64,000 nucleotides of DNA from Candidatus Pyrohabitans jungbluthii (GTDB lineage Archaea; Hydrothermarchaeota; Hydrothermarchaeia; Hydrothermarchaeales; BMS3B), in NCBI GenBank assembly GCA_002010065.2, contig MTMD02000015.1, forward strand, positions 1 to 64,000. Direction: 5' to 3'. Numbering within the stretch: the stretch's first letter is position 1; the number at the start of each line of letters is the position of its first letter. The translations under genes and the position numbers were made by a program. This document shows, one piece after another, positions 47,105 through 59,035 of this stretch. The notes beneath the pieces are model-generated. The model was not told the DNA's origin, did not search any database, and worked only from the letters and a program-made list of their open reading frames with translations.

Positions 47105-49072
47105 ATGAAAGTTCTGGGCGTTGACATCCTAGCTGGGTCGCCTCACGCGAAGGTTCAGCCTCGCTATTCTGCGGTGCTCCTGGAGGATGGGAGGATAACC
47201 CTGCGGGAGGAACTAACCCGGGGAAAGCTTCTCAAGCTTATTCGGGAGGTTAAGCCGGACCGCCTCGCAGTGGACAACATCTTTGAACTCTTTCCAAAAA
47301 AGAAGCTCAAACCCTTCTTCTACTCACTGCCCCAGGAAACGCAGGTAGTGCAGGTTACCGGCTCTCCCGGCGAAGCGAAGGCGCTGCACATTGTGGCGAA
47401 GAACCACGGGGTGAAGCTTCGCAGGGACGCCGGTTCAATGGAGGAGGCAGAGGCTTGTGCTTTGCTGGCGTACATGAACATCGGCTGCGTTGTTGAGCTC
47501 TTCGAGAACAAGACCCGCATTGTGGTGAGCAGGGCAAGGAGCCTAACCAGAGGAGGGCAGAGCAAGGACCGCTACCGCAGAAAGGTGCACAACAACATCG
47601 CCATGAGCATCAAGGAGATAAAGGCGAAACTTAAGGAGCTTAAAGTTAGCTATAGCCTGGAAACAGTGCGCGCCGACAGCGGCTATTCGAGGGGCGAGTT
47701 TATTGTGCATGCGCCCCGTTCTGAGCTTAAAGGTATAAAAAGCGCCCGCGGGAGCGATGTTCAGATTAAAGTAACCCCTGTGGAAAAAGAGAGGTTCACC
47801 TTCACACCACTGGGGGCTGAGAAGGCTACTGTAATCTTCGGCGTTGACCCCGGCACAACGACTGCGATAGCCGCGATTAGCTTGGAGGGTAAGCTCCTCG
47901 AGGTTGTGAGCGCTCGCGATTTCTCGTTACATGAATCACTCCTGCTCGCTTCGAAATATAAAGCCGTAGCCATCGTAGCCAGCGATGTCTCGCCGGCACC
48001 GCGCTTTGTGGAAAAGGTGGCGTCAAAACTCAATGCCACGCTTTTCACCCCCTCCCAGTCCCTTGCAGTTGAGGAGAAGATTAGGTTAGTGGAGGAGAAG
48101 TTTGGTAAGGAGGCGTACCGCAATCCCCACGAGCGTGACGCCATCGCGGCTGCGCTGAAGGCGTACAACGCTGTGAAAAGCAAGCTTGAAAACATAGACC
48201 GGCGCCTGCAGAGCGTCAACGCATGGCACCTGCGCGACGAGGTCAGGTTAGCGGTGCTTCGCGGGGAAAGCCTGGACAGTGTGCTCAGAAGGCTGCTTAG
48301 GGTTGAGGAGCCTGAAGAGGAGGAAGAAGAGGAGAAGCTGGAGAGCATACCCAACGAGTACAGGGGGATAATTAAGAGGCTGAGAAACGACCTCAAGCTA
48401 CTGAGAGAGGAACTTGAGGAAAGGCAGCGGGTGATTGAGCGGAAGGAGCGCGCTATAGCCACGCTAAAGCGCAGGCTGCGCGAGGCACTGGCGAAAGAGC
48501 GCAGAGAGGTGCTCAGGGAGGAAGAGATACGCCGCAGAGAGCGTGCAATTGCTGAACTCAGAAAGAAGCTGGACGAGGCGATGAGGGAAAACGCCATGCT
48601 CAGGCGCAGGCTTGAGAAGCTGAAGCAGGAGATGGAGCTAAAAGCTCAGGCAGATTTAGAGGTGGTGAAGGTTATACAGAAATTTACACGGGAAGAGGTA
48701 CTCGCGGCGAAGGAAAAGCTCCGCCTCAGCGAAGGGGATGTGGTTTACATCGCCGATACGAGCGGCGCTGGCAAGAGCGCCGCGGAAGAGCTTGCCCTGC
48801 TCAAGCCGCGAGCAATAATCGCAGACATGCAAAGAGCCTCTCACCTCGCGAGAGAGGCCCTTGAAAGCGTGGTAATACTCGAGCCAGAGGAGATAAACCT
48901 CAAGCGCGTTGCTGACTTCGCGGTTGTTGAGAAGCATGCGCTAGAGGAGTTAATACAGAAGAAGAAGGCAAAGCTTGAGGTGGAGCAGGCGGCGAAGCGT
49001 CAGGCGTGGCTGGAGAAGCTCATCGCGGACTATCGTGCCGAGAGGGAGCTGCTCCTGAAGAAGAGGAATTAG
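47105..49072 (+). CDS. DUF460/COG2433 RNase H-fold coiled-coil protein
   Basis: LAVDNIFEL, RGGQS..RYRR, GVDPGTT, HERDA. Confidence 0.85.
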   Translation: MKVLGVDILAGSPHAKVQPRYSAVLLEDGRITLREELTRGKLLKLIREVKPDRLAVDNIFELFPKKKLKPFFYSLPQETQVVQVTGSPGEAKALHIVAKNHGVKLRRDAGSMEEAEACALLAYMNIGCVVELFENKTRIVVSRARSLTRGGQSKDRYRRKVHNNIAMSIKEIKAKLKELKVSYSLETVRADSGYSRGEFIVHAPRSELKGIKSARGSDVQIKVTPVEKERFTFTPLGAEKATVIFGVDPGTTTAIAAISLEGKLLEVVSARDFSLHESLLLASKYKAVAIVASDVSPAPRFVEKVASKLNATLFTPSQSLAVEEKIRLVEEKFGKEAYRNPHERDAIAAALKAYNAVKSKLENIDRRLQSVNAWHLRDEVRLAVLRGESLDSVLRRLLRVEEPEEEEEEEKLESIPNEYRGIIKRLRNDLKLLREELEERQRVIERKERAIATLKRRLREALAKERREVLREEEIRRRERAIAELRKKLDEAMRENAMLRRRLEKLKQEMELKAQADLEVVKVIQKFTREEVLAAKEKLRLSEGDVVYIADTSGAGKSAAEELALLKPRAIIADMQRASHLAREALESVVILEPEEINLKRVADFAVVEKHALEELIQKKKAKLEVEQAAKRQAWLEKLIADYRAERELLLKKRN

Positions 49073-49115
49073 AAAGTTTTAATACCTCAGCGGCGAAGGT
49101 TTAGCAGGTGGTACA

Positions 49116-50291
49116 ATGCTTTCGGACAGAATTAATAGGGTTAAGCCCTCTGCAACTCTTGAAATAACGGCCAAGGCAAAGGCGTTACGCGCGCAGGGAA
49201 GGGAGATTATAAACTTCGGCGCGGGCGAACCTGATTTTGACACGCCGGAGCACATCAAGGAAGCGCTCCGTAAAGCCCTGGATGAGGGTTTCATCTACTA
49301 TACGCCAGCCGCAGGCATACCCGAGCTTCGCGAAGCTGTGGCAGAGAAACTGGAGAGGGAGAATAAAATAAGCTATGATCCCGAGGGGGAGGTGGTCATC
49401 ACACCTGGAGCGAAGATGGCGCTTTATGCTGCAATAATGGCGCTGGTGAACCCAGGGGATGAGGTGGTGATTCCCTCGCCCTGGTGGGTATCCTACGTGC
49501 CCATGGTGCAGCTCGCAGACGGCAAACCTGTGTTTGTTCCCACCTATGAAGAAGACGAGTTCCGCCTTCTCAGCGATGCAGTGGCTGAGAAGGTTACCCG
49601 AAAGACCAAGCTCCTCATTCTTAATTCGCCAAACAACCCCACGGGGGCGGTGCTGAGCAGAGAGGATTTGAAGGGCATCGCCGAAGTGTGCGAGGACCAT
49701 GATATCTTCATCATCTCCGACGAGATATACGAGTACATAATTTACGACGACGCTGAGCATGTAAGCATCGCCAGCTTGGGCAACATGAAGGAGCGCGTGG
49801 TTACTGTGAATGGGCTTTCAAAGGCGTATTCAATGACGGGCTGGAGAGTTGGCTATGCCGCAGGCCCCAGAGAAGTGATAAAGGCGATGACACGTTTGCA
49901 GGCGCACAGCGTGAGCAACGTCACAAGCTTTGTGCAGAAGGCGGCGGTAGCGGCGCTGCGCGGTCCCAGCGATGAGGTTGAGCGCATGGTTAAAGCGTTT
50001 GATGAGCGGCGACGCTACATAGTTAGTGAGCTGAGAAGCATCCCCGGCGTTAGCTGCGTAATGCCACGGGGAGCCTTCTACGCCTTCGCCAACTTCTCAG
50101 CTTATGAGAAGGACTCCTTCAAGCTGGCAAACTACCTTCTGGAGGAGGCTGGCGTTGCCGTGGTGCCGGGAGCGGCGTTTGGGGAAGAGGGCGAAGGCTA
50201 CATAAGGCTGAGCTATGCCACCAGCATGGAAAACATCAAGGCTGGGATGGAGAGGATAAGAGAAGCTATGGAGAGGTACCCCCGAGCTTAA
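49116..50291 (+). CDS. aspC: Aspartate aminotransferase (class I PLP)
   Basis: GEPDFDTP, NSPNNPTG, SDEIY, SKAYSMTGWRVG. Confidence 0.9.
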   Translation: MLSDRINRVKPSATLEITAKAKALRAQGREIINFGAGEPDFDTPEHIKEALRKALDEGFIYYTPAAGIPELREAVAEKLERENKISYDPEGEVVITPGAKMALYAAIMALVNPGDEVVIPSPWWVSYVPMVQLADGKPVFVPTYEEDEFRLLSDAVAEKVTRKTKLLILNSPNNPTGAVLSREDLKGIAEVCEDHDIFIISDEIYEYIIYDDAEHVSIASLGNMKERVVTVNGLSKAYSMTGWRVGYAAGPREVIKAMTRLQAHSVSNVTSFVQKAAVAALRGPSDEVERMVKAFDERRRYIVSELRSIPGVSCVMPRGAFYAFANFSAYEKDSFKLANYLLEEAGVAVVPGAAFGEEGEGYIRLSYATSMENIKAGMERIREAMERYPRA

Positions 50292-50926
50292 ATTTTAACC
50301 AGCAGGTAATACCTCTCCTGCTTCTCCTCAGCATCCTTAACCTTGAGTATTTTTAAACCCTCGCCAGCGAAGTCCGGCTCTTCCTGGGCTAAGCCCGTCT
50401 TCGCAACGAAGAGCACCTTCCCGTGCCTCTTCAGCTTGGGCAGGAAGCGTTTTAGCGCTTTAAAGGAAGCCTCCGCCTCAAGGGTCAGGTCGTGGAGGAT
50501 AAGGTCTGCTTCCGGTAGCTGGGAAACGTCGAAAATGAAGGCATCGGCTATAAAAACCCTCACATTGTCCCTCTCAGCCTCAATATCACGCAGCTCCTTC
50601 TCAAACTCGCCGCTCACCTCAATGCCGTATACCTCTGAGGCGTACTCGCTTGCATAAAGCAGAAAACCCCCGGCGCTGCTCCCTATGTCTAAGACAACCC
50701 CCGCCCCCTTAACAAAACCCCACTCCTTATCAAGCTCCGCAAGCTTCCAGTAGCCTCGTGGTTTCTCTTCAGCGAGCACCTCTATGCTTGCGTCTGGGTT
50801 CACATCCTTCGCGGGCTTTGTTATGCGCTCCCCAGCCACGAGAACAAAGCCACGCCTTATTGCTTCCTTTGCCTTCTCTCGTGTAGAAAAGTACCCCCTC
50901 GCCACAAGGAGTTTATCCAGACGCAT
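50288..50926 (-). CDS. S4-domain TlyA-like RNA methyltransferase
   Basis: MRLDKLLV..G..STREKAK S4 domain; LDIGSSAGGF. Confidence 0.85.
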   Translation of the reverse strand: MRLDKLLVARGYFSTREKAKEAIRRGFVLVAGERITKPAKDVNPDASIEVLAEEKPRGYWKLAELDKEWGFVKGAGVVLDIGSSAGGFLLYASEYASEVYGIEVSGEFEKELRDIEAERDNVRVFIADAFIFDVSQLPEADLILHDLTLEAEASFKALKRFLPKLKRHGKVLFVAKTGLAQEEPDFAGEGLKILKVKDAEEKQERYYLLVKI

Positions 50927-50927
50927 A

Positions 50928-53782
<2,855 letters not shown>

Positions 53783-53783
53783 A

Positions 53784-54185
53784 ATGCGCGTGATTGGTTT
53801 CCTCAAGTTTTACCTGATTCTCATCACCCTGCTCTTCCTAGGGATGAGCTTCTTCAACCTTAGCCTTGAGCAGAAGCTTCTGCTATTTCTCATAACCTCG
53901 CTGCTCTCCCCAACGCTCTTCAGGGAACTGCTCAACCTGCGGGGGATACGTAAGGGCGACATGGTGCTCGTTTCCTACTCGCACAAAAGCGAGTTTGGCA
54001 CACTGCTGCGGAAGGAGCTAGGTAAGGCGCTGACCTCTGGAAGGGTGGGGGAAGTGATTGAGGTGGAGCTTGCGGACAAGCTGGCAAAGGGAGAGGTTCG
54101 CAGCGTTGGCGGCTTTATTTTCCCTCCTGAGGTTAGCCTTCTCTACTATGAGGAGATACCCACAAAAAGGGGGGGATGGCTCTGA
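53784..54185 (+). CDS. Hypothetical membrane protein
   Basis: Two N-terminal TMs; tightly packed between the TraB and M50 genes. Confidence 0.6.
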   Translation: MRVIGFLKFYLILITLLFLGMSFFNLSLEQKLLLFLITSLLSPTLFRELLNLRGIRKGDMVLVSYSHKSEFGTLLRKELGKALTSGRVGEVIEVELADKLAKGEVRSVGGFIFPPEVSLLYYEEIPTKRGGWL

Positions 54186-54730
54186 ATCTAGTGTTCACCA
54201 CGAGAGAGGTAAAGGAGCTGATAATCTCCGCCATCGTTATCGCCTTTGTGTTCGCCTACCACTTCGTGGGTGGAATCCCCAGTTTAAGTCTGGTGGGGGT
54301 CTCTCTCATAGCGGTGAGCACAGGCTTTGTTTTCCATGAGCTTGCCCACAAGGTTACGGCGCAGCGCTTTGGATGCTGGGCAGAGTATCGCATGTGGGAG
54401 CTCGGCTTAATAGGCGCCTTTTTCCTAGTCGTCGTGACTGGATGGCTCTTCATAGCACCTGGTGCGGTTTACATAATGCCTGGTTACTTCGGCATCTCCC
54501 GACGCGAGGACGGCATAATCTCAGCCTCTGGCGCAACTGCCAACATAGCCCTCGCCATACTATTCCTGCTCATAGGCTTCAACTTCGGCGCTGCGATTAA
54601 CGCCTGGCTTGCGCTCTTCAACATGATACCCTTCCCACCTTTGGACGGCTCCAAGGTTATACGCTGGAACTTCGCTGTTTGGGGTGCGCTCGTGGCTGTT
54701 GCCCTACTGCTCCTCAGCATCTCCTATTAA
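54176..54730 (+). CDS. Site-2 protease (M50) family metalloprotease
   Basis: HELAH and FNMIPFPPLDG. Confidence 0.9.
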   Translation: MALNLVFTTREVKELIISAIVIAFVFAYHFVGGIPSLSLVGVSLIAVSTGFVFHELAHKVTAQRFGCWAEYRMWELGLIGAFFLVVVTGWLFIAPGAVYIMPGYFGISRREDGIISASGATANIALAILFLLIGFNFGAAINAWLALFNMIPFPPLDGSKVIRWNFAVWGALVAVALLLLSISY

Positions 54731-54731
54731 A

Positions 54732-55421
54732 CTACTCCTCCCCCAGGTTAGCCTCATACACCAGGCGGCGCATCTCCTGTATCTCTTCGTTAGTGGGTAT
54801 CTCCTCGGGGCATACCTCTCTGCACGTGCCACAGGTGGTGCACAGGTAGAGACCCTCCTCCACCGCTATAGCCAGGCGATCTAGGTTATCCCGGGGGTCG
54901 TGCACAAAGCGCGCTATAATCCTGAAGAGCATTGGCCCAGCAAACTCCTTGCTGTGAGTATGCGAAGGACATGAGCTCATGCAGGAGCTGCACTCTATGC
55001 AGCTCTTGAGCTTATCCAGCCTTTTAAGGTCCTTCGCAAGGAGCCTCTCTATCCTCGCCTCTCTCTTTTTGCCTCTGTGCAGGTATGGGCGGAGAGACCT
55101 TATCCTCGGGTAGCTCTTCTGTGTGGCTACGACAAGATCCTTTATCACAGGGAAGTTCCTCAACGGCTCAAGGAGCATGCCCTCTTCTACGTCAGTTCTA
55201 CACGCGAGCACGGGTTTACGGTTCGCAAGCACCGCGCAGGAACCGCATTGTCCAGCCCTGCAGGAGCTTCTGTAAGCGATGTTTGCACCATAACGCTCGT
55301 TGATCTGCTGCAGGGCGTCGATTATCTTCATGTGGGGATGATGCTCTACCACATAACTCTCATACCGCGGCTCATCCTCGGTTTGTGGATTATATCTAAA
55401 AACTGTGATCTTCATTCTCAA
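54732..55421 (-). CDS. Fumarate reductase/succinate dehydrogenase Fe-S subunit (TfrB N-terminal-like)
   Basis: CRAGQCGSC...C [2Fe-2S], CIECSSC..SCP, CTTCGTCREVCP. Confidence 0.88.
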   Translation of the reverse strand: MRMKITVFRYNPQTEDEPRYESYVVEHHPHMKIIDALQQINERYGANIAYRSSCRAGQCGSCAVLANRKPVLACRTDVEEGMLLEPLRNFPVIKDLVVATQKSYPRIRSLRPYLHRGKKREARIERLLAKDLKRLDKLKSCIECSSCMSSCPSHTHSKEFAGPMLFRIIARFVHDPRDNLDRLAIAVEEGLYLCTTCGTCREVCPEEIPTNEEIQEMRRLVYEANLGEE

Positions 55422-55424
55422 CCC

Positions 55425-57116
55425 TCACGGAGGAAGCTTGGTTATCACAGGCTCAACCGTCTTAACAAGCATTCCCTCGGCTGCTTTAGCTACGACGATG
55501 TTCTTAACCCAGCGCGGGTCCTCCTCGGGATAGTCGCTGCGGAAGTGCGCCCCTCTGCTTTCGGTGCGCAGGAGTGCACTCCTCGCTATCATCTCCGCAA
55601 CGAGAAGCATGTTGTCCAGCTCAACCGCAGCAAGCAGCTGAAGGTTGTATCGGAGCCCGCTTTCTACGGTTACTTCGCCGAGCTTGCTCCTTAGCATAGC
55701 GATAGCGCGGAGAGCCTCCTCAAGGCTCTGCCTGCTTCGCATTATTCCAACCTTCTCCCACATCACCCGCTGAAGCTGGCTTCTGACCTCGTAGGGTAAC
55801 AAGCCCTCGCCAGCCTCGAAGCGGAATATTCGCTCATGCTCATCCTCCAGCGCCTTATAATCCACCTTCGTATACCCATGCCTTTTAGCCTCTTTCGCAG
55901 CATTTTCGCCAGCGATTGCTCCGAAAACCTGCGTCTCAGCTAAAGAGTTGCCACCCAGGCGGTTTGCACCATGCACACCACCATTCACCTCGCCGCAGGC
56001 GAAGAGGTTGGGTATGGTCGTCCCTCTGCAGTCCTCGCTGGTGCGCACACCCCCCATGAAGTGGTGGGCGCTTGGAGAAACTTCCATGGGTTCGCGACGT
56101 ATGTCCACGCCAACGTCGAGAAACTGCTTGAGCATTGTGCCCAGCTTCTGCTCTATCACCTCATCTGGAACATGCGTAAGGTCGAGATAAACACCACCAT
56201 GCTCTGTTCCCCTGCCCTCAGTTATCTCCCTGAATATCGCTCGCGTAACAACGTCCCGAGTTGATAACTCCATTCTCTCAGGATCATACTTCGCCATGAA
56301 CCGCTCTCCCAGGCTATTATAGAGCTTTCCTCCTTCCCCGCGCACCGCTTCGGTTACGAGGAGCCCGCTTGCTGAGGGCGGGTAAACCATGCCCGTGGGA
56401 TGAAACTGCACCATCTCCATATCTATTAGCTCAGCACCAGCGTTGTACGCCAAGGCATAGCCGTCGCCGGTTTTTTGATATGGGTTTGTGGTTATTGAGT
56501 AAAGCCTGCCCGCGCCGCCAGTGGCGAGCACCACAGCTTTAGCCTTGAAGAGTAGAAAGCGCCCATGTATCAGGTCTAAGCCTGTTGCGCCCGTGATCAT
56601 GCCATCATTGATTAAAAGGCGCGTGATTGCTACCTCTTCCAGCACTTCAACGCCTACGCGGTATGCCTCCTCCTTCAGGGCATTCATCATCTCATGCCCT
56701 GTTCTATCCCCGCGGTGCACCGTCCTGCGAAAGCGTTGCCCGCCAAAGTAGCGCTGGTCCAGCTTATCCGGCTCAATCCTATCGAAGGTTGCACCAAAGC
56801 TCTCCAGCTCCAGCACGCGCTTGGGAGCATCTCTGACAAGAATCTCCACCAGTTTCTGGTTGTTCAGGAAGCGACCGCCTATCACAGTGTCCTCGAAGTG
56901 ATGCTGTTCGTTGTCTTCAGGATCGACAAAACCAAAGGCAGCATTGTACCCGCCCTCTGCCATAACTGTACAGCCGCTCCTTCCAAACAAGCCCTTGACC
57001 ACCAGGAGCACTTCAACATTATGGCGTCTTGCCTCTATCGCAGCCCTTGCACCTGCTCCACCGCCACCTATAACCAGGACATCGCACTGATAAACGTCAT
57101 CAACCAGCTCCACCAT
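55425..57116 (-). CDS. tfrA: Fumarate reductase flavoprotein subunit (TfrA-like)
   Basis: GGGGAG, SGCTVMAEGG, QFHPT, EAVRGEG, HHFMGG, HGANRLGGNSL. Confidence 0.85.
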   Translation of the reverse strand: MVELVDDVYQCDVLVIGGGGAGARAAIEARRHNVEVLLVVKGLFGRSGCTVMAEGGYNAAFGFVDPEDNEQHHFEDTVIGGRFLNNQKLVEILVRDAPKRVLELESFGATFDRIEPDKLDQRYFGGQRFRRTVHRGDRTGHEMMNALKEEAYRVGVEVLEEVAITRLLINDGMITGATGLDLIHGRFLLFKAKAVVLATGGAGRLYSITTNPYQKTGDGYALAYNAGAELIDMEMVQFHPTGMVYPPSASGLLVTEAVRGEGGKLYNSLGERFMAKYDPERMELSTRDVVTRAIFREITEGRGTEHGGVYLDLTHVPDEVIEQKLGTMLKQFLDVGVDIRREPMEVSPSAHHFMGGVRTSEDCRGTTIPNLFACGEVNGGVHGANRLGGNSLAETQVFGAIAGENAAKEAKRHGYTKVDYKALEDEHERIFRFEAGEGLLPYEVRSQLQRVMWEKVGIMRSRQSLEEALRAIAMLRSKLGEVTVESGLRYNLQLLAAVELDNMLLVAEMIARSALLRTESRGAHFRSDYPEEDPRWVKNIVVAKAAEGMLVKTVEPVITKLPP

Positions 57117-57200
57117 GGCAATGCCTCGTCCCTTAAGCTGAGGTTACCGAAGGGAAAAATTCCAAAAAATTTTCCAAGGTTATGCTCTTCCCAGCTTCTC

Positions 57201-57275
57201 GGGCCCGTAACTCAGTCTGGCTAGAGTGGCTGGCTCTTAACCAGTTAGTCGCGGGTTCAAATCCCGTCGGGCCCG
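57201..57275 (+). tRNA. tRNA-Lys(CTT)
   Basis: GGGCCCG/CGGGCCC acceptor stem, GCTGG-CTCTTAA-CCAGT anticodon arm, TTCAAAT T-loop. Confidence 0.96.
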
Positions 57276-57288
57276 TCTATCCCCGCTT

Positions 57289-58833
57289 TTATATCAATTC
57301 CTTCCTGTACTGCCTATGTGCTTGTTTTGTTTCTTCTCTCGTGTTGCCCGCAAGCACTATAATGTTCTGACCAGGCGCCCAGATGTCTCTGAATGTGAAC
57401 ATTTCAACTGCGCCAGGCTTTTCTAGCGCCTCCTTCTGCTCTTTGCTGAGCAGTTCCCCAACGACTTCCCCCACACCATCAGGAGCTTTATGCCCGCCTA
57501 GGATGACGATGTTCTTCTCTGATTTGTACGAGTCAAAGTTCTCTGGCAGAACGTGGACAACTTCATAACCCGCGTTGCGCAGGTATTCGAAGAAGTCAGT
57601 GGCAAGAGCGTAGTCGATGAGGTTGGCGAGGATTACCATTTTACCGCTGACCTGAGATTTGAGGTGAGAAACTATCAATAGCTGGTTATCCGGATTAACA
57701 ACGAGCAAGTCATCCAGCGCGCCGTCGCCGTCGTAATCGAACGGCGTCAAAGCCCTTGCGCCTGTTTTGTTGTAGGGAGAGATTTTTTTGTCATCTTCCC
57801 GATAATAGCCCACTTGGACCCCATCTCTAATCGCATAAATTTTGTTATCGCTTCCTGCAGCAAAGCTCTCCGTTTTTCCATCGCGATTGAAATCGATGGC
57901 AACAACATCTTTGAGTCTTCCTTTATAATAACTCTGTCTCTCTCCAGATGGAGATAATTTATAAAGAAGGGAAGAAAGAATAAAAACACCTCTATCATTA
58001 TCAAGTTGAAGTATTTTTATTTTCATCCCCTCTTCATAATCAATCTCATTCTCCCAGATTTTGTCACTCTTGTTAAAAGCAAAAACATGTCCTCTAAAGT
58101 CCACTACAATTATCTCAGAAGTATACCCATCACCATTCAGGTCAACAACTTTCACCTTCAGTATTCTATTTTTGAAAAACTCCTTACCAAATCTTTTTAT
58201 CTGCGTGCCTTGAGGGGAGATTAAAGAGACGGAGTACCCCTCAGCTAAAACTATTCCCTCCTTAACACCGTCTTGGTTAAGGTCTATTGCTGCAATCTTA
58301 TCCCCTCTCTCTGAAATATCTCTCTCCCAAAGTTTCGTTCCACTATTATCAAACGCAAGTATTTTATTCCACAGCCCAACTACAATATCGTCTTCGTTTC
58401 CATCCCTATTTAAATCAGCAATAGCAATTGAGAAGACAGAGCTGGGGAGACTTTGATTTTCCCAAAGAAGCTCACCTTTTGAATCAAAAGCTGAAAGATA
58501 TTTACTTCCAATCACTATCTTAGAAGGCGCTCCTAGAAGTTTTATTGAAGCTAATGCATAAGAACTACTCACAGGCACTTTAAAACTCTTATAAACTTCT
58601 GAGCTTCCAAAGTTTATTATCCTTACCCTTCCTGTTGCCGAATCAAGCACAACGACAGCGTCATCCTCTCCGTCACCATCTCTATCGATATATGAAAAGT
58701 GGACATCTCCCGTTATTGTTACGTATGAAACCTGAATGTAGTCCTTTGCAAATTCCTCAGTAAGTTCTTCAGAGTATACAGAAGGCAAAAACCCAGCTAG
58801 CATCACAAGTATAAATAATCCACCCCATCTCAT
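57289..58833 (-). CDS. Secreted FG-GAP-like repeat protein with C-terminal cell-envelope domain
   Basis: Signal peptide; repeated D(L/F)NxDG Ca-binding motifs; C-terminal ILAN.ID...LGGHKAPDGVG domain. Confidence 0.75.
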   Translation of the reverse strand: MRWGGLFILVMLAGFLPSVYSEELTEEFAKDYIQVSYVTITGDVHFSYIDRDGDGEDDAVVVLDSATGRVRIINFGSSEVYKSFKVPVSSSYALASIKLLGAPSKIVIGSKYLSAFDSKGELLWENQSLPSSVFSIAIADLNRDGNEDDIVVGLWNKILAFDNSGTKLWERDISERGDKIAAIDLNQDGVKEGIVLAEGYSVSLISPQGTQIKRFGKEFFKNRILKVKVVDLNGDGYTSEIIVVDFRGHVFAFNKSDKIWENEIDYEEGMKIKILQLDNDRGVFILSSLLYKLSPSGERQSYYKGRLKDVVAIDFNRDGKTESFAAGSDNKIYAIRDGVQVGYYREDDKKISPYNKTGARALTPFDYDGDGALDDLLVVNPDNQLLIVSHLKSQVSGKMVILANLIDYALATDFFEYLRNAGYEVVHVLPENFDSYKSEKNIVILGGHKAPDGVGEVVGELLSKEQKEALEKPGAVEMFTFRDIWAPGQNIIVLAGNTREETKQAHRQYRKELI

Positions 58834-59035
58834 GCTTGTATATTGGGAATTTATGGGTATATAATACTATCGCATACCTTATGCCATAATATATCCAGAT
58901 TCACTTTTAAAATATCTCTTTCAAAGACGTTTATCTCATTTATCTTAAAAAGAGATACATCTGAAAAAGTATACAGAAATTCAAAAACCACAATAAAATC
59001 TAAAAAACAAAAGAAAAAATAGAGGCTAGAGCCTC

